NCBI GenBank assembly: GCA_046313635.1
Contig: JBKBYA010000001.1
Span: 352,001-416,000, forward strand
DNA: 64,000 nucleotides
Direction of reading: 5' to 3'
Source: Pyrinomonadaceae bacterium
GTDB lineage: Bacteria > Acidobacteriota > Blastocatellia > Pyrinomonadales > Pyrinomonadaceae
The notes under the pieces are model-generated. The model was not told the origin of the DNA and made no database searches. It was given only the letters and a program-made list of their open reading frames with translations. The position numbers and the translations under genes were made by a program. How positions within the stretch are numbered: position 1 is the stretch's first letter; each line of letters opens with the position of its first letter. Below, one piece after another: positions 45,615-58,477 of the stretch.

Positions 45615-45765
45615 GTACCGCGAAACCCGCCGCATAGGCCCATTCGCACGATGCACGGCGTGACACCGACGCCGCCGCGCGCAAAGCTGCGCGAACGGCA
45701 CATCGGGCATTCTTGATACTTCACCGAGCGGAGAACGATAATGGACGAAGATATTTTTTTCTAAA

Positions 45766-46293
45766 ATGAAAAGACGCAGCGTGCCGAGGGCGGTTGGTAA
45801 GGCAGGTACTTCCAAAAGCAAAGATCACAAACCACAGATCGATCCCGACAAGAGCTGGTTCAAGCTCGAGGTCCGGCGCTCGCGCATTCATCGCTGGGGC
45901 GTCTACGCGCTCGAGCCGATACCGGCGCGCCGGCGCGTGATCGAGTACACCGGCGAAAAGATCGACGACGACGAGGTGCAGCGCCGCAGCGGCTCGGACC
46001 TGATCTATATCTTTTCGCTCGACGACAAATGGGCCAAGGACGGAGCCGTCGGCGGCAGCGGCGCCGAGTACATCAACCACAGCTGCGACGGCAACCTGAC
46101 CTCGTACACATACCACGGCCGCATCTATCTCTCGAGCAACCGCCCGATCGAGGCCGGCGAAGAGCTCACCTACGACTACCACATCACCGGCGGCGATTAC
46201 GACCTGCCCTGTAAATGCGGAACCAAAAAATGCCGCGGCTCGCTCCGCGAAGACATAAAGCCGAAACGAAAAGGTAAAAAGCGCCGCGGCTAG
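45766..46293 (+). CDS. SET domain protein with post-SET motif
   Basis: [33 protein letters not shown]. Confidence 0.92.
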   Translation: MKRRSVPRAVGKAGTSKSKDHKPQIDPDKSWFKLEVRRSRIHRWGVYALEPIPARRRVIEYTGEKIDDDEVQRRSGSDLIYIFSLDDKWAKDGAVGGSGAEYINHSCDGNLTSYTYHGRIYLSSNRPIEAGEELTYDYHITGGDYDLPCKCGTKKCRGSLREDIKPKRKGKKRRG

Positions 46294-47303
46294 GCGGCCG
46301 ATCTGCGGGCCTGCGACTGCACGGCGGTGATGGCGACGGCGTCGACGATGTCCTCGGCCTTGCAGCCGCGGGAGAGGTCGTTGCACGGCCGGTCGAGGCC
46401 CTGAAGGATCGGGCCGATGGCGGCGCCGCCCGTAAGGCGTTCGGTGAGTTTGTAAGCGATGTTGCCCGCGTTGAGATCGGGAAAGACGAGCACGTTGGCG
46501 CGGCCCGCGACCTCCGAGCCGGGAGCCTTAGAGTCCGCGACCGACGCGACGAGCGCAGCATCGGCCTGCAGTTCGCCGTCGATGCGGAGGTCGGGCACGC
46601 GCACGCGGACGGTCTTGGTCGCCTCGATCACTTTATCGATGAGCTTGTGTTTGGCGCTGCCTTTTGTCGAGAACGACAGCATCGCGACGCGCGGTTCGGC
46701 GCCGAGCAGCGCGCGGCACGAGTCGGCCGAGGCGATGGCGATCTCTGCGAGCTCGCCCGCGTCGGGGTCGATCACGACGCCGCAGTCGGCGTAGATCATC
46801 GCGCCGTTCTCGCCAAATTTCTTGTCCGGCACGACCATTAAAAAGAATGACGATACGATCCTGAATCCGGCCCGCACGCCGATGCACCGGAGCGCCGCGG
46901 CGACGGTGTGCGCCGTAGTGTTGGTCGCTCCGGCGACCGAGCCGTCGGCCTTGCCTTCGCGCACGAGCAGGTTGCCGTAGTAGAGCGGGTCTTTTACGGC
47001 CTGCTCAGCTTCTTCGAGCGTGACGCCTTTGGCGCGGCGGAGCTGGTGATAGAGCTCGGCGATGCGTTTGAAATCGTGCTGCCTTCGGTGGTCGAGGATG
47101 TCCACGCCGTTGAGGTTGGCGCCCGCGTCGGCGGCCGCGGCGCGGACCTTTTCTTCGCTGCCGATAAGCGTGATCTTCGCGATGCGGTCGCGGGAGCATA
47201 TCTCGGCGGCCGCGACGGTGCGCGGGTCTTCGCCTTCAGGGAGAATGATGTGCTGCCGGTCGGCCGCGGCACGCTTGCGGATCTGCTCGAGGATCATAGA
47301 CAC
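46290..47303 (-). CDS. pta: Phosphate acetyltransferase
   Basis: [41 protein letters not shown]. Confidence 0.95.
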   Translation of the reverse strand: MSMILEQIRKRAAADRQHIILPEGEDPRTVAAAEICSRDRIAKITLIGSEEKVRAAAADAGANLNGVDILDHRRQHDFKRIAELYHQLRRAKGVTLEEAEQAVKDPLYYGNLLVREGKADGSVAGATNTTAHTVAAALRCIGVRAGFRIVSSFFLMVVPDKKFGENGAMIYADCGVVIDPDAGELAEIAIASADSCRALLGAEPRVAMLSFSTKGSAKHKLIDKVIEATKTVRVRVPDLRIDGELQADAALVASVADSKAPGSEVAGRANVLVFPDLNAGNIAYKLTERLTGGAAIGPILQGLDRPCNDLSRGCKAEDIVDAVAITAVQSQARRSAA

Positions 47304-47341
47304 GGTTGGCCGGTGCAGGCGGAGGATCAGGCCTTGTTATC

Positions 47342-47468
47342 GGTCTTTTGTTTTTGGTTTTTTGTTTTTGGTTTTTTGTTTTTGGAGTGTCGATCGCAGC
47401 ACTTGCGATCCCAAAGATCCAAAACCCAAAGACAAAAAACCAAAAACAAAAATCAAAAGACCAAAAAC
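47342..47468. repeat. Inverted heptamer array
   Basis: (TTTTTGG/TTTTTTG)n facing (CCAAAAA/CAAAAAA)n around a GATCGCA/TGCGATC core. Confidence 0.88.
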
Positions 47469-47570
47469 GCTCTACGCCCCGACCGAGTCCGAATTTACCA
47501 CATCGCCGCAGGCCGCCAAACTTGCTCGCGATCTGAGCCTTATCTACACTTGTCGACAATGAGGTCAACG

Positions 47571-48092
47571 ATGGCAAAGCGAACCGAACAGAAGCGGCAA
47601 GGCCGCAAAGCGAGGTCCCAAACAAGAGAGCGGATGCGCAGCTTTGTTATGTTCCTGCCCAATCTCGTCCGACTGCTCGGCCGGCTGATCAAGGACTCGC
47701 GCGTGCCCTCGACCGAAAAGGCGCTCTTCCTTGCCGCGATCGTTTACGTTATATCGCCGATAGATCTCATTCCGGACATCTTTCCCTTCATCGGTCAGAT
47801 CGACGACGCTTACCTCGTCGCGCTCACGCTGCTGCGTCTTGTCAGCCGCACGGACGAGTCTGTCGTCAGGCAGAATTGGCCCGGCAACGGCGACATTGTC
47901 GGCCTCGTACGCTCGATCGCCGATCTCGCGCCGAAATTCCTCTCTCGCCGTACGCGGCGCGTGCTCGAGTCGCGTGTCGAATTTGCCGACGCGGGCCGCA
48001 TTATCAGCAGCCTGACCGACCGCCGCCAGCCGATCCTGCTCGAGGTCGCCGATGCCGACGAGCCGTCCGTCCTCCCGGAGACCGCGCACTAG
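47571..48092 (+). CDS. YkvA/DUF1232 family protein
   Basis: YVISPIDLIPD-FPFIGQIDD; GAGGT RBS. Confidence 0.85.
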   Translation: MAKRTEQKRQGRKARSQTRERMRSFVMFLPNLVRLLGRLIKDSRVPSTEKALFLAAIVYVISPIDLIPDIFPFIGQIDDAYLVALTLLRLVSRTDESVVRQNWPGNGDIVGLVRSIADLAPKFLSRRTRRVLESRVEFADAGRIISSLTDRRQPILLEVADADEPSVLPETAH

Positions 48093-48311
48093 CCGTCACA
48101 CGTTCGGCCGGACATCGCGACGCGGCGCCGGGCCATCACACAGCCGTGCCGTAACGGACGAGAAACGACCGCCCGCACTCGAATCTGGATTCGACTCTCA
48201 TTTGCGAGTTTAATTCGGTTGCATCACCAGCTCACGTCCGAAAATTCTGGCCGTAGCCTGAGGCTTTTCGCTATACTCGTTCTCACAGGCGAAAGTCGTT
48301 GAGTATTTTTT

Positions 48312-50705
<2,394 letters not shown>

Positions 50706-50735
50706 GGAGTACCAGACGTCACGCCCGGCGCAGCG

Positions 50736-50760
50736 AAGGGAAATGCAAAAGAGGCTGCCT
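50736..50760 (+). repeat. 25-bp direct repeat, copy 1 (half terminator)
   Basis: AAGGGAAATGCAAAAGAGGCTGCCT; 24/25 identical to 54864-54888. Confidence 0.85.
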
Positions 50761-50795
50761 CTGAACGTTTGAGCTGCGGGTATTCTGGTGCGGAT

Positions 50796-50965
50796 TCAAA
50801 CAGGATGGACAGGATCGGCAGGAGGCTAGAGCTCGGAAGCTCGAACCATCATGCTCATCCTGTCCATCCTGTTTTGATCTCGTTTGCGAATGATCTCTGC
50901 GTCCTCTGCGTCCTTTGCGGTTAAAAAGAGAGCGTTTCATGCAAAGGCCGCAGAGCACGCGAGGG
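50796..50965. repeat. Two adjacent inverted 9-mer arrays
   Basis: ACAGGATGG units facing CCATCCTGT units; CTCTGCGTC units facing GCAAAGGCC/GCAGAGCAC. Confidence 0.8.
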
Positions 50966-51122
50966 TGCCGGCACCGGAACGGCTTTCGATAACGTCAGAA
51001 AAGTTTCGTCTCAGCTCTCGGCCGCTTTTTTCTCGTTGCGTTCCCTGGCATCTTGGGACATCATTGTCTGCCGAAGTGTTTCTCACTTCCCACAATCCTA
51101 AACCCAAAAATCGGAGAAACCT

Positions 51123-54100
51123 GTGAAATTTACAAAGCTCGTGCTTCTGCTGCTGATCGCGCCGCTGCTCTTGGCGGCCGCCGCGACCGGCATCTGGTTC
51201 GCGGAAAAGAACGAAACAGCAGCGACCACTTCCGACGTCGAATACGAGGGCGAGGATGCCGACCTGCCGCCCGGCCGCAAGATCAATAAGGACGAGTATC
51301 TAAGGCTCAGAAACGAGCAGCTCTTCCTTCTCCGCGGCCTAGACACGGCAAAGCCCGACTCGCGCAGCCGCGCGATACGCGACATGGAGCGCAGCGAGGA
51401 GGCCCTCGCGGCGCGGCTTGCGAATGTCGGCGGCGCGTCCCTGCTGGGCGACGCCGCCCTTCCGCCGGTCGCAAACTGGCGAGCGATCGGTCCGGCGCCG
51501 ATCCCCGTGAACTCGTCGACCTCGTATTCGGGCCGCGTCTCGGCGATCGCGGTCGACCCGACGAATCGCGACATCGTTTACGTCGGCACGGCGCAGGGCG
51601 GGCTCTACCGCTCGACCGACGGCGGCGCGACGTGGACGCCGATGCTCGACAACGCTCTTAGCCTCGCGATCGGATCGGTCGCGGTCGCGCCGTCAGACCC
51701 GACGACCGTCTTTGTCGGCACGGGCGAAGCGGCTTTTTCGGCAGACAGCTTTTTCGGTGTCGGCATCTACCGGATCACGAATGCGACCAGCGCGACGCCG
51801 ACGATCAGCGGGCCGCTCAACGCGGGCACGACCGCCGGAACAGACGTCTTTACGGGCCGCGCGGTGAGCGAGATCGTCGTTCACCCGACCAACCCGAACA
51901 TCATATTTGCGTCGACCACCTCGGGCATCGCCGGCATCGGCGGCACCGCGAGCGGGATGACCATTCCGAACGCCGGACTGTTTCGCTCGACCAACGCCAT
52001 GGGCGCGTCGCCGACATTTGAAAAGCTGACCATCCAGGGCACGCTCTCGGCGAGCCGTTCCGTCATCGACATCGCGATCGAACCCGACAATCCGGCGCGT
52101 CTCGTCGCGGCCGTCATCGGCAGCGGCGGCGACGGCGGGATCTATCTGACGACGAATGCGCTCGACCCGACGCCGACATTCACGCGTTCGATGGCGACGG
52201 CCGACGGCACCTCGACCGGCCGTACGGAATTTGCCGTCAACAAGCCGACCGGCGGACCGCTGACGATCTACGCCGCGAACGGCACATCGACCGGAGGCAC
52301 CACGGGCTCCGTTCTTAAGTCGACCGACGGCGGAGCGACCTTCACAGCGACAGGAGCGACCAACTTCTGCAGCCCACAGTGCTGGTACGACATGGCGATA
52401 GCGGTCGACCCGGTCGACGCGACAAAGGTCTATCTCGGCGGTTCGCCTTCGCTCGTCTTCGGGCGATCGACCAATGGCGGCACGAGCTTCACGGCGAGCC
52501 AGTCGGGGCTGCACGTCGACACGCACGCCATCGCGGTCGCTCCCTCCGACCCGAACACGATCTACTTTGGCAGCGACGGCGGTATCTGGCGGTCGACCGA
52601 CGGCGGAACGAACTGGACGACGCTCAACAATTCGACATTTCACGCGACGCAGTTCCAAGGCATTGCCGTGCACCCGACCGATCGCAACTATACACTCGGC
52701 GGCACGCAGGACAACGGCACGCAGTTCCTCGCACCGGACGGAACGACGTGGATCCGTTCTGCCGGCGGCGACGGCGGGTTCACTGCGATCGACCAGAACG
52801 CGACCGATACGACCAACGTCATCTCGTATCACACCTACTACAACAGCTCGGGATCGCAGATCGGATTCCGCCGAGCGATCTCGACCGTAGCTCCGGGCAA
52901 TCCGGCCTGGGGATCGTTCATGGGCTGCGGCGGTACGCCGAACGGCATCAACTGCGCCGACGCGGTCCTGTTTTATGCTCCGATGGTCGTCGGGCCCAAC
53001 GCTCCGGGCAGCCAGGGCAACACGCTGTACTTCGGCACGACGCGTCTTTACCGCTCGATCGACCGCGGCACGACGATGACCGACGTCAGCGGCGTGCTGC
53101 CGGCGCGCATCAGCGCCATCGCGGTGGCGCCGCAGAATGACGACGTGCGTCTCGTCGGCACGACGTCGGGAACCGTCTATCTCTCGACGACCGCGGGAGC
53201 GACGACAATGGCGGACGTGACCGGCGCGATACCGGTCGGCGTGCGGCGATATGTCGGCCGGGTCGCGATCGATCCGACCAACGCAAATATCGCTTACGTC
53301 GCATACAACGGTTTCGGCATCCCGGCCGGCCAACACGTATGGAAGACGACCAATCTGCTCTCAGGCTCGCCGACGTGGACGCCTGCGGGCAGCGGCATCC
53401 CGGACGTGCCGGTCAACGCTTTCGTCGTCGACCCGGCCGATCCGCAGCAGCTCTTTGCCGGGACCGATATCGGGGTCTTTGTCTCGATCGACGGCGGCGC
53501 GACGTGGCAGCCCTTCAGCACAAACCTGCCGCGCGTAGCGGTCTTTGGGATGGAGATCCAAAAGACGAGCCGCGTGCTGCGCATCGCGACGCACGGCCGC
53601 GGGATGTTTGAGACCGACCTTCGAAACGTGCGAAGCGTGCCGTTCGATTTTGACGGTGATGCAAAGACGGATGTCGGCATCTTCCGGCCGGCGCCGGCGG
53701 AGTGGTGGATCTTGCGTTCGGGCACGTCGTCTGTTTACGCCGCACAGTTCGGAGCGGCGGGCGACGAGGCTTCGCCGGCGGACTTTACCGGCGACGGCAA
53801 GACGGACGTAGCATTCTTCAGGCCCTCGACCGGGCAGTGGTTTGTCTTGCGGAGCGAGAACTCGACATTCTTCGCGTTCCCGTTCGGGGCGAGCGGCGAC
53901 GTCGCGGTGCCCTCGGATTATGACGGCGATGGTAAGTCCGATGCGGCGGTCTTCCGTCCGTCGACCTCGACGTGGTACGTGCTGCGGTCGTCCGATCAGC
54001 AGGTGTCGACAAACGCATTCGGCATCGCGGGCGACAGGCCGGTGCCGGCAGATTATGACGGCGACGGCAGAACGGACATCGCGATCTATCGTCCGTCGGG

Positions 54101-54476
54101 CGGCTCGGGCAACGGCGAATGGTGGATACTGCGCTCGACGGCCGGATTGTTTGCGACCGCGTTCGGTGCGGCGACCGACAAGGCCGTGCCGGGCGATTAC
54201 ACGGGCGACGGCAAGGCCGACATCGCGTTCTTTAGACCGGGCACGGGCGAATGGTTCATCCTCAGGAGTGAGAACCAATCGTACTTTGCCTTTACCTACG
54301 GCACCGCCGGCGACGCGGCCGTTCCCGGCGATTACGACGGCGACGGCAAGTTCGACGCCGCCGTCTATCGCCCGTCAAACCAGACATGGTTCATCAACCG
54401 AAGCACGCAGGGCTCGACCGCCGTCACCTTCGGAGCGACAGGCGATCAGCCGATACCGAACGTCTTCGTGAGGTAG
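51123..54476 (+). CDS. Large secreted BNR/Asp-box beta-propeller protein with C-terminal DYDGDGK repeat domain
   Basis: Signal peptide, repeated SxDGGxTW boxes, GGTQDNG, ATHGRG, terminal FDFDGDAKTD...PNVFVR. Confidence 0.87.
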   Translation: MKFTKLVLLLLIAPLLLAAAATGIWFAEKNETAATTSDVEYEGEDADLPPGRKINKDEYLRLRNEQLFLLRGLDTAKPDSRSRAIRDMERSEEALAARLANVGGASLLGDAALPPVANWRAIGPAPIPVNSSTSYSGRVSAIAVDPTNRDIVYVGTAQGGLYRSTDGGATWTPMLDNALSLAIGSVAVAPSDPTTVFVGTGEAAFSADSFFGVGIYRITNATSATPTISGPLNAGTTAGTDVFTGRAVSEIVVHPTNPNIIFASTTSGIAGIGGTASGMTIPNAGLFRSTNAMGASPTFEKLTIQGTLSASRSVIDIAIEPDNPARLVAAVIGSGGDGGIYLTTNALDPTPTFTRSMATADGTSTGRTEFAVNKPTGGPLTIYAANGTSTGGTTGSVLKSTDGGATFTATGATNFCSPQCWYDMAIAVDPVDATKVYLGGSPSLVFGRSTNGGTSFTASQSGLHVDTHAIAVAPSDPNTIYFGSDGGIWRSTDGGTNWTTLNNSTFHATQFQGIAVHPTDRNYTLGGTQDNGTQFLAPDGTTWIRSAGGDGGFTAIDQNATDTTNVISYHTYYNSSGSQIGFRRAISTVAPGNPAWGSFMGCGGTPNGINCADAVLFYAPMVVGPNAPGSQGNTLYFGTTRLYRSIDRGTTMTDVSGVLPARISAIAVAPQNDDVRLVGTTSGTVYLSTTAGATTMADVTGAIPVGVRRYVGRVAIDPTNANIAYVAYNGFGIPAGQHVWKTTNLLSGSPTWTPAGSGIPDVPVNAFVVDPADPQQLFAGTDIGVFVSIDGGATWQPFSTNLPRVAVFGMEIQKTSRVLRIATHGRGMFETDLRNVRSVPFDFDGDAKTDVGIFRPAPAEWWILRSGTSSVYAAQFGAAGDEASPADFTGDGKTDVAFFRPSTGQWFVLRSENSTFFAFPFGASGDVAVPSDYDGDGKSDAAVFRPSTSTWYVLRSSDQQVSTNAFGIAGDRPVPADYDGDGRTDIAIYRPSGGSGNGEWWILRSTAGLFATAFGAATDKAVPGDYTGDGKADIAFFRPGTGEWFILRSENQSYFAFTYGTAGDAAVPGDYDGDGKFDAAVYRPSNQTWFINRSTQGSTAVTFGATGDQPIPNVFVR

Positions 54477-54512
54477 CGAGAGCGAAACGGCTTGGCAGAG
54501 TGGACGAGATAT

Positions 54513-54546
54513 GAGGCCGTCTGGAAAGGCGGCCTCTTATTCATTT
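54513..54546 (+). terminator. Probable intrinsic terminator
   Basis: GAGGCCGTCT / AGGCGGCCTC stem plus T-rich tail. Confidence 0.65.
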
Positions 54547-54617
54547 GATCAGTCGATCACGCTCTCGTTCTTTGAATGCCTTCTGCAAAAGTCGCACGGC
54601 GTAAGTGCGATGCTCGC

Positions 54618-54785
54618 GCGGCTTCGCCGCAGTGCTTTGCGGAAGGGCTTCGCCCTTCCGCGTCGAGCTACTTCTTATTTCTTTGAGGCTGCGCCTCCCG
54701 AAGGATGGAGGCGTAGCCTTCTGGATAGTTTAGGAAGCGTTCCGGAAAGGCAGAGCCTTTCCGCACAGCACTGCGGCGGAGCCGC
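54618..54785. mobile_element. MITE/REPIN-like element with ~43-bp terminal inverted repeats
   Basis: 54618-54660 is a near-perfect reverse complement of 54743-54785; internal palindrome GAGGCTGCGCCTCC / GGAGGCGTAGCCTT. Confidence 0.6.
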
Positions 54786-54863
54786 AAGAAGCAGGTTGCG
54801 AAGGGCGCGGGCCTTTCCGCCTAGCACATTGCGGTGCGGCCGAAGAACCGACTGACGCGCACC

Positions 54864-54913
54864 AAGGGAAATGCAAAAGAGGCCGCCTTTTCAAGCAGCC
54901 TCTTTCTTTTTTT
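54864..54913. terminator. Bidirectional terminator containing direct repeat copy 2
   Basis: AAAGAGGCCGC / GCAGCCTCTTT stem with A run before and T run after. Confidence 0.75.
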
Positions 54914-54928
54914 CTCGATCTCTCGAGA

Positions 54929-55495
54929 TCAATTATCGGTCGGTTTCGCGACGTCGGCCGACTTGATGCCGCCCGGCCGCCGCTGTTGACGACGCTCTTC
55001 GCGACGCTCGCGCATCTCTTCGCGCTTCTGCTCGAGCCGCTGGCGCTGCTCGGGTGTGAGCACGGCGAGAAGCTGCGTGTGAACCGCCTGGCCCTTTGCC
55101 CTCGCCTGCTCGCGAAGCGTGCGGAAGCGCTCCTTCTGCTCGTCGGTCAGCGTACCGCTGCGGCGGGCCTCCATCAGGCCTCGCATCTCGTCCATCGTCG
55201 CCTGGTCGGGCTTGTTGGCCTCGAGGATGCTCTTGATCTGCGCCTTTTGCGCGTCGGTCAGGTCGAGCCCGCGAAAGCCGCGCAGCATTCTTGCCGCACC
55301 GCCGCGGCGATGTCCGCCAAAGCCTCGCATGCCGCCCATCTTGTGGCCGCCAAACCCTCCGCGCCGTTCAAGTTTTTCCTGTTTCTGTACCGGATCGGCG
55401 GTCTGCGTCGTCTGCTGGGCCGACGCCGCGGCCGAGAACGCACCGACTGCCGCCGCCATTGCTACCGTGCCAAGGAATCTATTTTTTAATGACAT
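54929..55495 (-). CDS. Spy/CpxP family periplasmic chaperone
   Basis: Signal peptide; LTDAQK, LTDEQK and LTPEQR (LTxxQ) motifs. Confidence 0.85.
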   Translation of the reverse strand: MSLKNRFLGTVAMAAAVGAFSAAASAQQTTQTADPVQKQEKLERRGGFGGHKMGGMRGFGGHRRGGAARMLRGFRGLDLTDAQKAQIKSILEANKPDQATMDEMRGLMEARRSGTLTDEQKERFRTLREQARAKGQAVHTQLLAVLTPEQRQRLEQKREEMRERREERRQQRRPGGIKSADVAKPTDN

Positions 55496-55715
55496 ATGCT
55501 TACCTCTGTATGGGATCGTGAGCGTTTCGCTTACGGTACCTTTGACGCGGCGCAGAGCGATTTGGCCGGATGAATTAGGCCGCCGCAGGTAAAGAATTGT
55601 AAAGGGCATTCAGACCCGAGAGCCGGACGGGCCCACCGAGACCGGATTGAACATTTGCAATGCCGCAGGCTAAAATGCGAACTTTGATTGCATTGGCGCG
55701 CGTGCGCCCGATCTG

Positions 55716-57644
55716 ATGAGATTTCTTTCCGAGATAAACTCGCCCGCCGACTTGCGTCAACTCCGCATCGACGACCTTCAGGAAGTCGCGGACGAGGTGC
55801 GCCAGTTCATTATCGACACCTGCTCGCGCGTCGGCGGTCACACCGGGGCAAGCCTCGGCGCCGTCGAGCTGGCGGTGGCGATGCATTACGTTTTTGACAC
55901 GCCGCGCGACCGGCTGGTTTGGGACGTCGGCCACCAGGCCTACGCGCACAAGATCCTTACGGGGCGCCGCGACCGGCTGCACACGATCAAGCAGGACGGC
56001 GGGCTCTCGGGGTTTCTGCGACGCGACGAGTCGGAGTACGACACATTCGGCGCGGGGCACGCGTCGACGTCGGTTTCGGCCGCGCTCGGTATGGCGATCG
56101 CGCGGGACCAGAAGGGCGAGGACTTTCACGTCTGCGCTCTGATCGGCGACTCGAGCCTTGCGGGCGGAATGGCGATGGAGGCGATCAATCAGGCCGGGCA
56201 TTTGAAGTCGCGCCTGATCGTGCTGCTCAACGACAACGAGATGTCGATCGCTCCCGCCGTCGGCGCTCTGAGCCGCTATCTCAACCGGATCAAAGAGGCG
56301 CAGAGCTACCAGCATCTCAAAGAGGAGATCGGCGACGCGCTCGAGAGCGTGCCCGGCATCGGCGGCAGCCTGCGCCGCGCGGCAAAGTCGGTCAAGGACG
56401 CGATCGCCGCGGCCGTACTGCCCGGAGCGCTGGTCAACGAGCTCGGATTCAAATACATCGGCTATGTTGACGGTCACAACGTGCCGATGCTCGTCCGCGC
56501 GCTTGAAGAAGCGAAAAAGGTCGACGACGGCCCGGTGATCGTCCACGCGCTGACGACCAAGGGCAAGGGCTTCCCGAATCCGGAAAAGAATTACTACGCG
56601 TATCACGCGACCGGCCCATTCGACCCGAAGACCGGCCGGCCTTACAAATCGACCAAGCAGGCGCCGCCGACCTATACCGAGGTGTTTGGCCGCACGATGT
56701 GCGAGCTGATGGAGCGTGATCCGAGCATCATCGCTCTGACCGCGGCCATGCCCGACGGAACGGGCGTCGACAAGGTGCTCGAAAGGTTTCCGGAACGCGC
56801 CTACGACGTCGGCATCGCCGAGCAGCACGCCGTCACATTCTGCGCCGGAATGGCGTGCGAGGGACTCAAGCCCGTCGCGGCGATCTACTCGACATTCCTG
56901 CAGCGTGCATTCGACCAGGTCATTCACGACGTCTGCCTGCAGGACCTGAATGTCACGCTCGCGATGGACCGCGCCGGCATCGTCGGCGCAGACGGCCCGA
57001 CGCATCACGGGCTGCTCGACATCGCATACCTCCGCGGCTATCCGAATATCGTCCTGATGGCGCCGAAGGACGAGGCCGAGATGCGCGATATGCTGCTTAC
57101 CGCGATCGAGCATCCGGGCCCGGCCGCGATCAGATACCCGCGCGGCAGCGGGCTCGGCGTCGATATTTCGAACGAGCCCAAAAAGCTCGAGATCGGCAGG
57201 GGCGAGATCGTGCGCAAGGGCAAGGGCCGCGTCGCCATCGTCGCTTACGGTTCGATGGTCAAGCCGTCGCTCGACGCGGCTGTCAAGCTCGCCGCCGACG
57301 GCATCGACGCAACGGTCGTCAACGCGCGATTTGCCAAGCCGCTCGACGAGGAGCTCATCGCGACGCTCGTCGACGACAACGACATTCTCGTAACTGTCGA
57401 AGAGGCGTATCTCGCAGGCGGCTTCGGGTCGGCGGTAATGGAGTTTCTCGAGAGCCGGCGAATGCTCGACCGCATCGACCTGCACCGCATCGGCGTGGCG
57501 GACGAGATCGTCACGCACGGCGATCCAAAGATCCTTTTGGCAAAGTACGATCTCGACGCGGACGGCATCGCGCGCCGCGTCGCGTCGGCGGTGGGCAGCG
57601 GCCATACGGCCGGCACATCGACACGGTTAAAGGCAGTCAATTGA
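55716..57644 (+). CDS. dxs: 1-deoxy-D-xylulose-5-phosphate synthase
   Basis: WDVGHQAYAHK, GAGHASTS, NDNEMSI, DVGIAEQHA, DRAGIVGADGPTH. Confidence 0.97.
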   Translation: MRFLSEINSPADLRQLRIDDLQEVADEVRQFIIDTCSRVGGHTGASLGAVELAVAMHYVFDTPRDRLVWDVGHQAYAHKILTGRRDRLHTIKQDGGLSGFLRRDESEYDTFGAGHASTSVSAALGMAIARDQKGEDFHVCALIGDSSLAGGMAMEAINQAGHLKSRLIVLLNDNEMSIAPAVGALSRYLNRIKEAQSYQHLKEEIGDALESVPGIGGSLRRAAKSVKDAIAAAVLPGALVNELGFKYIGYVDGHNVPMLVRALEEAKKVDDGPVIVHALTTKGKGFPNPEKNYYAYHATGPFDPKTGRPYKSTKQAPPTYTEVFGRTMCELMERDPSIIALTAAMPDGTGVDKVLERFPERAYDVGIAEQHAVTFCAGMACEGLKPVAAIYSTFLQRAFDQVIHDVCLQDLNVTLAMDRAGIVGADGPTHHGLLDIAYLRGYPNIVLMAPKDEAEMRDMLLTAIEHPGPAAIRYPRGSGLGVDISNEPKKLEIGRGEIVRKGKGRVAIVAYGSMVKPSLDAAVKLAADGIDATVVNARFAKPLDEELIATLVDDNDILVTVEEAYLAGGFGSAVMEFLESRRMLDRIDLHRIGVADEIVTHGDPKILLAKYDLDADGIARRVASAVGSGHTAGTSTRLKAVN

Positions 57645-57659
57645 TCAGATCACACTCGA

Positions 57660-58448
57660 ATGAGCAAGCAGCAGCAGACAAAACAGAGCGGAGCTCCGGT
57701 CATCATCATCGTCCTCGTAGCGCTGGTCGCCGGATTTCTCGGCTTCTGGTATTACAACTCGTCCAAGGGCTCGACCGGGTCGGCAAACCGGACGGCCTCT
57801 AACGGCAATTCTTCGAGACCGGCGGCCAATTCGTCCGCGATCCCGCCGGACGCTCCCGCCGGGGCCCAACCGCCAAATCTTCTAGGTTCGCCGACGGCGA
57901 GCGTGACGATCGAGGAGTTTGCCGACTTTCAGTGCCCGTCGTGCGCGCAGGTCAACCCGATCATGAAGCAGCTCCAGTCGATCTACGGCTCGCGGATCAG
58001 ATTCGTCTTTCGCAACTTTCCGCTGCCGGGCCACGACAAGGCGTACGACGCCGCCGTTGCCGCAGAGGCCGCGGGCCTGCAGGGCCCGGACAAATTCTGG
58101 GCGATGCAGAATCAGCTCTACACGAATCAGCGCGACTGGTCGAGCGACCCGAATTTTAAGCAGGCCTTTCGTACATACGCCGAAAAGATCGGCCTCGATG
58201 TCGACCGCTGGACGACCGATATCGCCGGACTGCAGGCTAAAGGGCGCGTCGATGCCGACCTGCAGCGCGCGAGGGCGATCGGTGTCAGTTCGACGCCGAC
58301 CGTTTACATCAACGGCAAGATGGTCCCGTATCCGGACCTGAACCTGACGACGCTGCGCCAGCTCGTCGATGCCGAATTGGCCGCTTCGGCTCCGCAGACC
58401 GGCCAGCCGTCGTCGCCGGCAAACGGCAATTCGGCGCCGAAGCGGTAA
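57660..58448 (+). CDS. Membrane-anchored DsbA family thiol-disulfide oxidoreductase
   Basis: DFQCPSC, FRNFPL, GVSSTPT cis-Pro loop. Confidence 0.9.
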   Translation: MSKQQQTKQSGAPVIIIVLVALVAGFLGFWYYNSSKGSTGSANRTASNGNSSRPAANSSAIPPDAPAGAQPPNLLGSPTASVTIEEFADFQCPSCAQVNPIMKQLQSIYGSRIRFVFRNFPLPGHDKAYDAAVAAEAAGLQGPDKFWAMQNQLYTNQRDWSSDPNFKQAFRTYAEKIGLDVDRWTTDIAGLQAKGRVDADLQRARAIGVSSTPTVYINGKMVPYPDLNLTTLRQLVDAELAASAPQTGQPSSPANGNSAPKR

Positions 58449-58477
58449 GGCTCGCCGTCTGCGGTCGGTCGTTCTCA

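Noticed and set aside
46908..47570. N-terminal extension of the 394-aa ORF
   Set aside because: Overlaps pta antisense and the heptamer repeat; the RBS supports a start at 47571
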